A stretch of DNA of 64,000 bases from Pavona decussata (GCA_977016875.1 CDRNST010000120.1:1550001-1614000), one strand, 5' to 3'. Positions 49,170-62,497 are shown, counted from the stretch's first letter. Notes: generated by a model from the letters alone, not told the origin. A program made the numbers and translations.

Positions 49170-49515
49170 AGTAGTACTTTCCTCTGGTGCTACTTATTAT
49201 GCTGTACAAGGTGGTTCTACCTTTTGAGTCTGTGGATGAAATCCTAAAGTATGACTATTCAAATGAAAGCTACTGAGCAGTATTTTCCTCTGGTGCTGCT
49301 TATTATGCTGTACAAGGTGGTTCTAACTTTTGAGTCTGTGGATGAAATCCTAAAGTGTGAAAGCTACTGAGCAGTACTTTTCTGTGGTACTGTTTATTCT
49401 GATGTACAAGATGTTTTTTTGGTCTGTCGATGAATCCCTAATAAATTATACGCCATTATTCTTAATTTTAACCATTCAAATAAAGTTTTGACCAGTACTT
49501 TTCGAGTGCTGTTTA
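49170..49515 (+). repeat. ~106-bp satellite, about 3 decayed units
   Basis: GTACTTTCCTCTGGTGCT..TTATTATGCTGTACAAGGTGGTTCTAAC..GAGTCTGTGGATGAAATCCTAAAGTG..GAAAGCTACTGAGCA. Confidence 0.9.
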
Positions 49516-49706
49516 GTGTGGAACTTACAAATTTATTGGCTGTGAACCATTTGATGCCAGATTTGGTGTGATTTTGTAAGCTGACTTTGATCTTGGTTTC
49601 TCCTTAACTGAAAGATATTCATCGAGGAAAAGTTGAAATGTTGCTTAATGTTTTTTGCCTGAGTCTGTCTATTTTGACATTCAAAAGGAAAAATAGGTAC
49701 AGACGA

Positions 49707-51054
49707 CTACTTCAGACTTCCAATCCAGTGTTGAGTTGTGGAGTTTGGATAAGAAGTGCAACGAAATGCAGGGTTTATGCGGTCAGGTGCATAGCGTCCA
49801 AAGTTCTGCTCAGAACCAACAGCTCCGCTTCGGCCATCAAACTGACAGCTGCCTGGGTCAGAGCTAGTAAGATGCCACGCCTCGTTTTCAGGTAGCCACG
49901 TTCGAGCAGTGCAATTTTGACATTGATTTCCCCGGATGTTAAGGAGCTCATATTCGCGGCATTGGCCATACCAATAACCAAACAGATCATGACCTTCCAG
50001 TTTTGCGCGTGCGTAGTCGGTGTACACGAGACCATCATCCGGGAAGTTGCAAGTGGCTCTTAAGTGGGTTGAGCCGTTAGCAACTGACTGCATGTGGGAC
50101 AAAGACAAACGATAAGCATTCCAATTTATCATTCCACCATCTTCATTAACAGGATTGTCAACACCAAATCTGTGATCTTTAAACATGTTGCTGTTCGCGA
50201 GCGAAAAAGATTGTATTAAGGCCCAAACATAAGGAGATTCGGAAACAAAATCGCAGTAAACTGGAAAAATGTTGTTCTGAAAGTCCTTCAGGAGGTAGAT
50301 TGCAGATTTTTTCGCGCCATTTGTTGCCAGATCTTTACAGCTGTGATAAGGCTTTAACTTCTCGCACCGCTGACCAGTGGAATAATTAGGGCAAGTACAG
50401 TTAAACCTCACAGTGGAGGGGTCACAAATCTCCTGACAGGTCCCTCCCTGGAGACATGGATTTGTTTGGCAACATCTGTTGACACAGCGGTCTCTCCCTT
50501 GAACAAAACTTCGCCCCTGTTATTTTAAAAGAAACAGCGATAGCATTATATATCTCGGCATACAACAGCAAATTTGTATTTTAATGTCTAACTGCGCTAT
50601 AGGCTGTTACATGTAATGGATAAAGCATCTTAAATCATATTCGTGTAAATTTAACTTGTTGAATCGAGAATGCGCATGGCAAGTAACTCATAGTTTAATA
50701 TAGAACACTCACATCCACTTTGTAATCTCGCACCAAACCATAATAACTTGCTCCAGCTTTGTATTTCAGTGCCGCTGGTTTCATCTCTTTATTGGCGTCG
50801 TTCAGTTCACAGTTGTCTTCCTGTTTGTTGTGTATGTAGTTCATTGAAATCCAGCGGCAATCATCTCTGCACATCACGTGACAATGGGTCACTTTGTCCA
50901 CTGTCAAATTTTTAAACACGTGACCTTCAAGTGCGTGGTCAGGAATGACGTCCTCGTCTCCAACAAACTTGAAGTTTTGACAGATTTTCTCGGCAGAAGC
51001 GGGAAATTGTCCCAGTAGGATAAGAAGTGGAAAAAGCCAGTGTAAGATTTCCAT
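49707..51054 (-). CDS. Secreted PAN/Apple + EGF + fibrinogen/intelectin-like domain protein, copy A (383 aa)
   Basis: Exons 51054-50713 (GAT|GTGAGT) and 50516-49707 (TAACAG|GGG), phase 0. Signal peptide MEILHWLFPLLILLGQFPASA; PAN motif HALEGH..CHVMC..SMNY..CELN; EGF NPCLQGGTC..CTC..TGQRCE; SCKDL..FPVYCDF..WALIQS. Confidence 0.9.
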
Positions 51055-52415
51055 TGGGTTAAAAACTTGTTGTTTCAGTCTGGACATTTGGAAAATAAAC
51101 CAAAACACCAGGTGTTACGGGGTGATATATAACTACATATTTTTACATTTTATGGAACAAGTCGTTCCATTGGGGGATGAAACGGAGAGATTCAAAAGCA
51201 CGACTCTAGTGCAACTAACCCCATTTTTTTTTCTTTTCCTAAATAAAAACTCCCAATTGTCCTGATTACGTGTGCGAAAAAAATTTGTTCGATTCATTTC
51301 ATTATATATTTTTTGAATTTTTATGGTCTGTGAAAGTTTCAAATTTTCGCGTGTCTTTGGCATCGGTTCATCACGGCGCATTAAAGGAGTGAAGAATTTC
51401 AGCGAGGAGAAAGGAAAGTGAAAAAATTAATATCTAGAATGCTGTAAGCGACATGACTAACCTGACTTTATGGTAATGCCAGTAGCGTTTGTTAGTAACA
51501 TTACTTCTGCTGTTCTTGCCCTAGAATGCAAACAAGTTCCTTCTTGTTTGGCTTTCAACAATAAAGAATTTTAGAACGAGTTGCAGCCTCGCCCTCTGTT
51601 AACAAACAAGACTTCAACGTCAAAGCGACGTGATTACAAATGATTACGGGCAACTGTTGAAGTGGGGCTAATTCACGCCCTTTTGTAGGTCAATTAGCTT
51701 TACGAAGTCTGCGCACGCATCTGAATATGCCATCAACATAACGCGAGTGTAGATTGGAACGGCATAATTTATAATCCTACCAAATATCAAATTCATCTTT
51801 AAGGCACCTATTAGAAATTCAAGAAAAAGTATTCTGCTAAATATACATTTTAGCAGCAAAATTGGTAGTGATACCACGCTATCTAAAGGGGAATTGAGAA
51901 TTTTTAAACTATTCTTTAATATAACTCACCTATAAAGACAATGATTTGGCATTGGCTCTTAACAACGATTTAATAAGATGCAAACTTGAAGGACACGTTG
52001 TTAATATTTGATGATAGCAAAAGAAACAACGAAAAGCTTTAATAAATGACAAACATTTTCATCTATAAAATCGACAATAATGAGCTCGAAAGTTACGAAT
52101 GCGAAATTTAGGACCCTATCGAATGGAGGAGTTTTCTTTTTTTTCTCTCTCCCTCTTATTTTTTTTTTTTCGAGAATTCAAAAGCTGGCAATAGGCACCC
52201 AGAAAGGTCAAATAAGCGCCCTGCAGACAATTCCTTACTCTTCTCAAAGTAACTGAGCTTGGTGCACCTATTGAAATGACATAGCTTGTTGAAGTAAAAA
52301 AAAAAAAAAAATAGGGACATTTTTCAGAGACAATTAAGCCTCATGTTTACTTTGTTATGTATTTTGACGCTTTTTAGAATTCTTGTGGCGTGATATATTA
52401 TCTCAGAAATGCTTC

Positions 52416-52447
<32 letters not shown>

Positions 52448-52739
52448 AACAGCGCAAAACCCTCTGTATTAGGTGAACATCAACTTTAAAGATACGTGCA
52501 TTTACCGTCTTCAAAGTAATTTAAAGACTCGAAACACCTGGTTAGTTGAAAATAGACCCTAAAAGTTCCATTAAACCCCCAAGGAAGCTTTTTCATTTAA
52601 TTTTAAACCCCAAGGGGAATGCTTATTAGAGAGTAGGTCTTAATGGAGGAGGTGCTTACTTCATGTTATCTTGTATCTGTCCACTGAAAAGGAAAGTTGT
52701 GCCTTAGATTCGGTCAATGTAAAAAAAAAAAAAAAAAAT

Positions 52740-52918
52740 TGTAAATGTAATTTATTTACCCACGAAGCCCCAAAGAGCTCTCGGAGCTTGTTCAAAAGGT
52801 GTCCGTGCGTTCCAGGTCGAATTGGCAATTGGAAATGTTGGTTTTTATGGAGGGAGGAAAACCGGAGAACCCGGAGAAAAACCCTCGCAGCAGGGACGAG
52901 AACTAACAACAAACTCAT
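52740..52918 (-). mobile_element. 5'-truncated SINE body and tail
   Basis: GGGTTTTTCTCCGGGTTCTCCGGTTTTCCTCCCTCC...TTCCAATT..CGACCTGGA core, then AATAAA with (TTACA)-like tail on the minus strand. Confidence 0.7.
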
Positions 52919-53104
52919 GGAAGTTTTTTTTTTTGAAGGATTTTAATTAGCAGACAACCTCTGCAAACTGACTTCTTTCTAGAATAATTAAATCGTTGTG
53001 TTGATTTTTCGCCTTTGTTTTTTGTCCCGTAATAACGGCTGATGGGGAATACATAATACGTAGTGAATGATTTGCCGATTTTGCTTGGATTCTGATTAAA
53101 TTAA

Positions 53105-53561
53105 AGGGGCAGTGTCACCTATTTGTGATGTTACTTTGAACGGCCAAAAAACATATTTGCATCGACAGAATCGTTTAAATCATGGTTTAATTTTAGTTAA
53201 CAGTAACCCTACTATATACTACACAGAAGCTAGTGTGAGTTATCTTTGGCTGCAGATAGCCAACTATTGAAATGGATTGAAACTTGAAAAAATTGGCCAT
53301 TTTTTTCAAGTTCTTCCAGTGTATTTGGAGAAATCGCTAAAAAACTGACAATAGTTTGTTCTTCGCAGGAGAAACCACTTTTAAATATTGCTCTAGGAGC
53401 AATTTAATGTTTGCGAAAAGGTACCTTGTCAAATATTTGAGCAGTTTCGACAAAAGTTAACACAGTTGGCGTGATGTATCACGACTTTACCGACTTAAAT
53501 AAATGTAGATGAAGATGTAGACGTAGAAAAGACACAGAGAAATCTCTGTGACTATGCCCCT
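53105..53561. mobile_element. Kolobok-like MITE
   Basis: TTAA-AGGGGCAGTGTCAC ... GTGACTATGCCCCT-TTAC. Confidence 0.75.
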
Positions 53562-54292
53562 TTACCGAATTTGTTTTTTTTCCCTGTTAATTGCTATTAC
53601 TCGTTCCGATTGCTTCGCAATCACGAGTTAAAAACCAAACACAGAATAAAGGCTTCTCAGGTACCTTCACATTAATAGCCTTTTGAAATTGAAAACCAAG
53701 TTTACCAACAATTGCGAACTGGATAACACTTGACTTTCGCTGTCGACATTAAATAATGTTTTGCGAAAATAAGACGATTTCCACATGCGCTCGCGTGTTT
53801 TCGCTCGTTCCACCATTGCTAAGAAAAATCATAAACTACTCATAATATACCCTTTCTCCTAATTTAGGAGCTCCGCTGTTAGATTGGCCTATGCAAACAT
53901 TTTCTGAGAGGACTTCGGACAGAAAATAGGCAGAACTGGTTCTAACAGTAGTCGTTTAATGAGTATCCTGAATATAACCCAACTGCCTAAACATTGTTTA
54001 ATGTAACAGCACTAAACAGTTAGGAACGGAAACCACACAAAAATACAGCCCTACATTTCGTTGTAGAAACTGGTGAATACTGAGATAGCGTTACTTTAAA
54101 ATAGACCCAGTCCTTAAGACAGCAATACTAAAAAAATCATGCATGTTATTCTAAGTTGTTTTCATGACTACAAAGTTATATATCATATCAATGCTCTTGT
54201 CTTTACAGCTACGATTGTGGCAACTTTTGGGTTTATTATTGAAATTAGAGCGTGATCACTGACTCAAATAAAGGGGCAAGGGGCTAACCCAT

Positions 54293-55170
54293 ACTTATTA
54301 TTGTGCTGTACAAGATGATTCTAACTTTTGAGTCTGTGGATGAAATCCTAAAGTGTGACCATTCAAATGAAAGCTACTGAGCAGTACTTTCCTGTGATGC
54401 TGCTTATTATGCTGTACAAGGTGATTCTAACTTTTGAGTCTGTGGATGAAATCCTAAAGTGTGACCATTCAAATGAAAGCTACTGAGAAGTACTTTCCTG
54501 TGATGCTGCTTATTATGCTGTACAAGGTGATTCTGAGTTATGACTCTGTGGATGAAATCCTAAAGTGTAAAAGCTACTGAGCAGTACTTTCCTGTGGTGC
54601 TGTTTATTATGCTGTACAAGGTGGTTCTAACGCTTGAGTCTGTGGATGAAATCCTAGAGTGTGACCATTCACATGAAAGCTACTGAGCAGTACTTTCCTC
54701 TGGTGCTGTTTATTATGCTGTACAAGGTGATTCTAACTTTTGCGTCTGTGGGTGAAATCCTAAAGTGTGATCATTCAAATGAAAGCTACTGAGCAGTACT
54801 TTCCTGTGGTGCTGTTTATTACGCGGTACAAAGTGGTTCAAAGTTTTGAGTCTGTGGATGAAATCCTAAAGTGTGACCATTCAAATGAAAGCTACTGAGA
54901 AGTACTTTCCTGTGGTGCTGTTTAGTATGCTGTACAAGGTGGTTCAAAGTTTTGAGTGTGTGGATGAAATCCTAAAGTGTGACCATTCCAATGAAAGCTA
55001 CTGAGCAGTACTTTCCTCTGGTGCTGTTTATTATTCTGTACAAGACGGTACTTTCCTGTAGTGCTGTCTCATGTGGTACTGTTTGTTTTGCTGTACAAGG
55101 TGGTTAATTTATTCTCACTTTTGAGCCTGTAGATTCAAGTAGTTAAAATCCTGAAGTGAAACATTTCAAT
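54293..55170 (+). repeat. ~106-bp satellite, about 7.5 units
   Basis: AGTACTTTCCT recurs at 54383, 54489, 54583, 54689, 54795, 54901 and 55007. Confidence 0.95.
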
Positions 55171-55429
55171 TGGAATATGTTGCTGTTGAGCTACTATTTA
55201 AAATATTTATGAAATTGAACCACTTTTGACAAACTTGATAATTCGTGAAAATTGAAAAGGGTTCAGGATTTTGAACACTCAGTCAGAGGGTTAGGGTTAT
55301 AGTGTGGGGCATTCTGGAAAGCAAAGTTAATCGAAAACATCCATTCTTGCGACTGTTAAAGGCCAATTCGCACATAATGCCGAATCATGAGTTAAGAATT
55401 AATTGGCTTTTGGGAGTAAAAGAAAACGA

Positions 55430-55820
55430 CACCGAAGTATTTTTGCGCGCTTTATGACTATGCATGCGGGAAAAGTAGATCTTAGCAAGGGCTACTGGAA
55501 TCCAAAAAGAATATTAGGGATAACCACGCATTTTTTTAGAGATAATTAAGCAACATTAATTCTAAAAATCGTCAAAATACAAAACAATGTATGGAATTTT
55601 TCCCAAATTGAAGCTTAATTATCTCTGAAAAATGCATGGTTACCCCTTGTTTTCTTTTCGGATTTCAATAACCCTTGCCAATATCTGCTTTTCTCGCGTA
55701 CTTATAAACCGCGCAAAAATATCTCTGTTTTAGCAGGCACCACCGTTAAGAAACCCAACTTTTTTGTAACATCGTGAGGTGCGCAGAACGTATGCGCAGT
55801 AGCAAAATCAGGCACCGTCC
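55430..55820. mobile_element. TTAA-type MITE abutting the stop codon of PAN-EGF copy B
   Basis: Terminus GGCACCGTCC-TTAA (TTAA at 55821-55824). Internal inverted blocks GATAACCACGCATTTT/AAAATGCATGGTTACC. Confidence 0.75.
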
Positions 55821-57345
55821 TTAAGACAACTTGCTTCCAATCCAGTGTTGAGTCGTGGAGTCCTGGTTGGATGTGCATCGAAATGCTGGGTTTCTGCAAC
55901 AATTCGAATACGCACCAAAGTTATCTTCTGACGTCACAGCTCCTCTTCTGCCATCAAATTCGCAATTTATAGAACTTTGAAAACTGTCTATGTGCCAAGC
56001 ACCAAATTGCCACGTTGCCGCGGTGCATTCTTGACAGTCAATTCCCCGGATGTTCAGGAACTCATATTTCCGACACTGGTTATCCCAATTACCAAACAGA
56101 TCATGACCTTCCAGCTTTGCGCGTGCGTAGTCGGTGTACACGAGACCATCATCCGGGAAATTGCAAGTGGCTCTTAAGTGGGTTGACACGTTAGCAACTG
56201 ACTGCATGTGGGACAAAGACAAACGATAAGCATTCCAATTTATCATTCCACCATCTTCATTAACAGGATTGTCAACACCAAATCTGTGATTTTTAAACAT
56301 GTTGTTGTTCGCGATCGAGAAAGATTGTATTAAGGCCCAAACAAAGCCAGGTTCGGAGTTAAAATCACAGTTAACTGGAAAACGGTTGCCTTGAGAATCG
56401 TACAGGAAGTGCCTTCCAGATACCTTGGCGCCATTTGTTACCAGATCTTTGCAGCTGCGTGGATGTTTTATTTTCTCGCACCGCTGACCAGTGTAATAAT
56501 CAGGACAAGTACAGTTGAACCTCACAGTGGTGGGGTCACAAATCTCCTGACAGGTCCCTCCCTGGAGACATGGATTAGTTTGGCAACATGTGTTGATACA
56601 GCGGTCTCTCCCTTGAACAAAGTTTTGCCCGTACTGTTTTAAAGTAGGCAAATATAATTAGTTCTACATAAAAAACATTTCTGTGGGTGACTTTCATGTA
56701 AACAAACAACACGTATTCAATAAAGAATTTTTCCTGGTAACGGGGAACCGAACCTGTTTGCCAGGTTTTATTTCGTATAAATTGTTAATTCACTACAAAA
56801 TTTATACAGTTCCAAAAATATATGAATATACGATATACTCTGCATTATATATTTTGATTGTTACGAAATTTCTTGGGGCGAGAATTAATTTGGAGCGTAA
56901 GAAAACTAGACTCTACTTCAAACCAACAACGGTTTGAATTGTCTGAAGTTGAAACTTTCGTCTCTGTACGCCAGCAGGCTTATTAAGAAAAAAAAATACT
57001 CACATCCACTTTGTAGTCTCGCACCAAATCATAATAGCTTGCTCCAACTTTGTATTTCAGTGCCGCTGGTTTCATCTCTTTATTGAGGTCGTTCAGTTCA
57101 CAGTTTTCTCTCTGTTTGTTGTGTATATAGTTCATCGAAATACAGCGACAATCACGTTTGCACATCACGTGACAATCGACAATTTTATCCACTGTCAAGT
57201 TTTTAAACACGTGACCTTCAAGGGCATGATGGGAAACAACGTTGTTGTATATACCAAAGTTGAAGTTTTGACAGATGCCGCCAGCAGAGGCGGGGGATTG
57301 GCCCAGCAAGAGAGATGAAAGAATCAACCAGTGAATAATTTCCAT
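55821..57345 (-). CDS. Secreted PAN/Apple + EGF + fibrinogen/intelectin-like domain protein, copy B (384 aa)
   Basis: Exons 57345-57004 (GAT|GTGAGT) and 56633-55821 (AAACAG|TAC). Same architecture and intron position as copy A. A 5' UTR acceptor TTTCTTTCAG lies near 57369. Confidence 0.9.
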
Positions 57346-60019
57346 GTGGTTTGGAAATCGGTTGGAATCTGAAAGAAAGTTGTCAAAAAAAAACAAACAA
57401 AAAAAAAACAAGAGGTAATGTGTATTTTGGCAAATCTGTATAACTTCTGTCTTGTTTGATTTATGGGCGTCGGAAATCAGATCATGGACATTTGCAGAAC
57501 CAATGATAACAGGAGTAAAATTAAAGCGAAAAGATTACATGGTACAGGTTGTGCAAAAAAGAAAAAGAAACAAACACCCTAAACAAACGAACGAAATAAA
57601 AAAATCGTATTTGAGCTTGAGCATAAGTGCATTCTTAGGCCCATCCCTCAAGTGAGAAAGAAAAGTGTCAAAAAACTAAGACGTAATGTGTGCCTCAGTA
57701 TCTTGTAGCCACTGGAATGGGCACTAAACCCGCGTGAGCAGAGTTCACTTCTCCTTGACTAACCATTACGTAAAGCAAACAAACAAATTCGGCCTGAGTG
57801 TTATTCCTCAAGTGTGACACTTTACCATGTTTACTTTTTTTTCATCATTTAATTTAATAATAAGAAAAGTCATCCATTCTAAAGTTAATTATTTCTGATC
57901 CATAGAATTGCCAAGGTTAACTTTGCGGTTACAGTTATACGTATCATTAGCTGCGTCAATTCTCGCTTATAGCTCTAGTGTTTTTGGTAGTTATCCCTGT
58001 TATTCCAACCCAAAGTCCTCCGAATGTTTATCAAAACCAAAAATTGTGTACTTTAATAGAAGAATAATGTCGTGTTACCAGAAAAAAATTAAGAACCAAG
58101 GCTTTCGGACTCTTGTCGACTTTGATGTTCATTAATATTGTATCAGACCTTTGTTTGGCTAAATTAACTTTTCACAGCTAGCTTGAATTAAGAGATTTGA
58201 AAATAATTGATGTAAAGTTTTCATTGATTTTGTTAAGCAAACTCACATTAGCATTCACATTCAATTTACTGTATCGTTTAGCCGGGTATCCCTTTATCTT
58301 GAAGGAAAAAAAAGCAAAGATAAAGGCTCTACTTGACACTGACCTCGTTAATATTTCAAGCTCTAGTTTTGAACGTAGTCTTTGTTGAATTGATGCCGGT
58401 TTCAATACATATTAATTATTCAGCCAAGGAGCTTTTGCAGTTGACTGAAAGAACGAAGTGAGTTTAGTCTCCACGATTCTAAAATACCTTAAAAGTTAAG
58501 TTGACGGAAAATGTTACAGTTAACCTTTAGTGCTTTTCTTTAAGCTGCTAAACAAACCAAATAATGAAGAAAATACTGCCACAACAGCTGGCTTGTTCTC
58601 AAGCATGTGATCAAGGCGCATTTCGACATTTCCAAAGAAAGAAATATTAAAAGAAAGGCTTCATTTATACGTTGGATATCAATCGTGTTCGAATACAATT
58701 CAAGTTAAAGATACCAATCGAATCTGTACTTTGTTTGACTTTTCAGGCCTTTCACGTGTGAAATATAGTTCATAACTCGTGTTGTTTCCTGAATGGTTAT
58801 AGTCTGATATGTAGTGACTTTCGCCCATTTATTTCTAGTGCTTGTATTATATTCGATCTGACGAAAAGCGGCTGTACCACATTGCAGTATCCTTTTAGGA
58901 AAATCGATAAATAATTTCCGTAGCACATTACAAGTAACAATGAATCTCGATCACGAACTCCTTTTAGAATTTAATGATTGAAACTTTGTGAGACGTGTTC
59001 TTTTCAGGGCAGTAAATTAAAATAGCAAATTAAAATTAAAATTTTTCCACTTTATATGTACGAGACCAAAAAATGTGGGTGCAAAATGCGGAAAATGTGT
59101 GTGCAACCAAAGTTATTTTAACATCACGAAGGCTTAAACCTACCTTCAGATATCGAATTGAGTAGCTTAGCCAGCGACGAAATATTTCACAACTGGTAAC
59201 AATTTGTCTAAGTGTTATCTTTATCCACAAAGTTTATAACGGGTTTGAATAATTAATTGGAATAAAATTGTTTTCAGATTTCTAATGAATGACCACCTTT
59301 TTTGTCGTATGGCGGTCAGATTCATAATGCTCACAGTTTACATTGTTCGAACTAAATTGATTTCTTTTTTTGACCAAAGTTAAAAAGAATTTCATTTTAC
59401 TTCCAGTGGAACTTTTAATAATATAAACTTAAAAAACAATGGAAAACATATGAAAGCAAATGAATTATTAAGGAGAACTCTTAATGCCTTCTATATCGGC
59501 GAAGTTATTTCAGTTTGTAATCGACTGGCGAAATTAATCTGCGTCTGCTTTGTTTTGATTGGCTGACCCAATCGAGGGCGGGAAGAAAAGGCGTCTTAAC
59601 TTATTTCAATTTGCCTTTCAAAACAGTAAATAGATGCAAAAGTGACCATGAATAATGTACTAAATTTAAGTGACGCTGTTTAGACAAAGCTAATTTACTT
59701 CATTGATGTCTAGGGGATTCTAAGATATTCATCAGTTTTTACTAAACTTTTAAACAGAGTGTGCTTCAACACATTTTTGGGTGTTTCTTGACAAGTTACG
59801 GATATCTGGTAGTAAGGAATTCCAACTGTTTTCTTTTTGCTCTTGTAAAAACGTTCATCGGCGGATGCCTTCTTACGCACCCACGTGGTCAGTAGTTCTA
59901 CTCTGTATAAAACTGAACGAATGAGTGATAAACATACGAGGAATTGTTTGCTAAGACTACATTGTGAGAACGGTCCAAGAAAATGCATGCATATCAACGG
60001 TTATTCGAGTTCTTTAAAA

Positions 60020-60160
60020 AGCTGTTTGATGGCAGAGAGCGAATTGTAGAAGATGAACATAACTTTGGTTGGTATGAAAATAAAAACACTGCATTTCGAT
60101 GCACATCCAATCAGTCCTCCACTACTCAACACTGGATTGGAAGCAATTGTCTGGTCAACT
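60020..60160 (+). pseudogene. Inverted C-terminal fragment of a third PAN-EGF-fibrinogen-like paralogue
   Basis: FDGRERIVEDEHNFGWYENKNTAFRCTSNQSSTTQHWIGS matches the C-termini of copies A and B; no upstream homology seen. Confidence 0.85.
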
Positions 60161-60209
60161 CTTCCTTTATCGAAAACACTGTGATGTGTCCATGCCGTCT
60201 TGCTTGTAA

Positions 60210-60360
60210 GCTCCTGTAGCTCAGTGGTAGAGCATCCAAACTTGTAACCGGAAGGTCATAGGTTCCGGACTCTTTTATCCGAGTGTGCCTGGGTCACTCT
60301 CTGAATAATACATCATTCTCTTTCATGTACCAGGCTTGAAATATACCATCACATTTATTC
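60210..60360 (+). mobile_element. Decayed tRNA-derived SINE
   Basis: GCTCCTGTAGCTCAGTGGTAGAGCA (A box), truncated GGTTCCG B box, non-tRNA body. Confidence 0.7.
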
Positions 60361-60591
60361 CACTGAGCTTAAAAGTAGGAAATTGTCAAAGACAAACGAA
60401 GAAAAGCCAGGTAATGAACAAGGAAAGAAAAATCTTCTTCTAACCTCGAAACAAAATATCTGGCTGGCACTGAAAATTAAATTTTTTACACGGGCTAGAA
60501 GATCTAAGTATTCTCTAGTTTTGTCAAGTACGATTTAAAAAAGCAGTTACACTGAAAAAGAAACGAAAATTACCAAAATTAAAGTGTTTAA

Positions 60592-60893
60592 AGAGCAGTG
60601 TCATCTATTTTTAGAAACAGTCACTTTGACCGTCAAAAGCACGTTTGTTCACAACTCCCCTCCTAATACACAGAAACTAGTATTAATTATCTTTGGCTGC
60701 GGGTTAACAGCATGGAAACGGAGTACAACTTGACAAACTTGGATAATTTTTCCAAGTTCTTCTTCTCTAAAAACCTGATTATAGTTTGTTCCTCCTAAAA
60801 GAAATTAATACTTCCTCTTGTTGATCTAAGAGGAAGTTGATGTCAGAGAAGAGAATCATTTCTTTTTTCTTGAATTACTGTGACAGTGTACTT
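60592..60893. mobile_element. Decayed Kolobok-like MITE
   Basis: TTAA-AGAGCAGTGTCA ... TGACAGTGTACTT-TTAA. Internal ACACAGAAACTAGT..TTATCTTTGGCTGC shared with the 53.2 kb copy. Confidence 0.65.
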
Positions 60894-61001
60894 TTAACTT
60901 TGATTCTTAAAGAAATCACTGTGCTCACAACATTTGATTTCAACAAGAGCTTACAAACAATGAGTTGAAAAAGGCATCTGCATTTTAAAAGAAAAGCAGT
61001 T

Positions 61002-62303
61002 CTAGCTATCATTTTGACAGTGAGGCTTGTGTTCCTTCCAATGTTGTTTCTGACATTGTTTGCGGCAATAGAATACTTTCTTACAACCAAAGCATCTCTT
61101 TAAATCCTCTGTCTTCGAATGACAAAAGGCACATTCTGGCTCCTTCAGAGGAGGGGCCCATTGACTAGGGCGAAACGAAGTTGTTCGATTCAGTCCCGAG
61201 AAGAGGGAGGCCATCAGTTCTTGTTGAAACAAGTCTCCGAAGAAATCGGAGAAGCTATCTGGGGAAAAGTCTTGTTCAGTTGGATTGGTGTTTGGAGAAA
61301 AGGACTGGCTGGAGGGGAAGTCTTTCATTGCTTCTGTAAGGTAAACAAACATATTAGTCGAATTAGTGTCTTAAACTGACACAAACATTCAGTGCCATGT
61401 TCCCATCGCCCGCCTTTTACTTCTTCAAAGTTTTAGAGAAATTTCTTCATTGAAGACAATTATGCATAAATTCTGATATTAGTCTGTATTAAGACATTTT
61501 TTATCATAAACGAAGGAAAGATTTCTGACTCGAAAAATCCATGCAACTGAAATGTTGTTCCGAAAAAGAGGGCGACCTAAGAAAACTTTGAACATCTATC
61601 TGCACTGACACCAGCGGAGGCAGCGTGGTCGAGTGGTTAGGGCGCCGGACTTGAAATCCGGACTTCCCGGGTTCAAGTCCCGCTCTGACCGCTAGCTGGA
61701 GTTGTTTCTCGGCAGCCCCAAGCTCAACTCCTCGGCCGCGCTTGTAAATAGCCAGCTGGTCTGCCTCCTGCCAGTTGGGATTTAATTTTAACCACGTTAT
61801 TTTCAATTTGTATTATTTCTTTATGAAGTTTATTGCTCGGCCCCACTAGCACTTGTGCTATAAACACTGCCGAGGGTAAATAAAGGTTATTTATTTATTT
61901 ATTTATTTATTTTTATTTACCAAGAGCCAAGCACTCTGTCAAATGTCAAATTTACTGAAAAAGGAGAGAAAACTATCTTAAGCAAGGAAACGTCGTTTCT
62001 TTGGCCTAGATCTTCGACTTACCAAAGAATTTGAGGTTGTTTACTCTTGGAAACAACGGTGATAAAAATGAACTCTTCCACGCACCAGACTCGCTAGACT
62101 GAGCAACTCTAGCTGCATTCGTGTAAAGCAATTTTCGTAACAAGACTTTTTCCTGTTAAAAGGAGATCATGGTATTAAATAAGTAAGCAAAGGTTATATT
62201 GAGACCAGCCAACCAGTTAGCCGGCAGTCAGTCAGCCTGCCAATATTAGTCAGTCAGCCATCCAGCCAGTCTGTTACAGTGGTCAGCCAGCCAATCAGCC
62301 AGG

Positions 62304-62393
<90 letters not shown>

Positions 62394-62450
62394 GTCACTC
62401 ACTCAGTCAGTCAGTTAGTCAGTCAGTCAGTCAGTCAGTCAGTCAGTCAG

Positions 62451-62497
<47 letters not shown>

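Noticed and set aside
54293-55170. CRISPR-like periodicity (also 41939-42952)
   Set aside because: Whole units repeat with no unique spacers, the context is eukaryotic, and there are no cas genes
61616-61690. tRNA gene-like sequence
   Set aside because: No proper acceptor stem; it continues into a SINE body and (TTTA)n tail. The same applies to 60210-60270.
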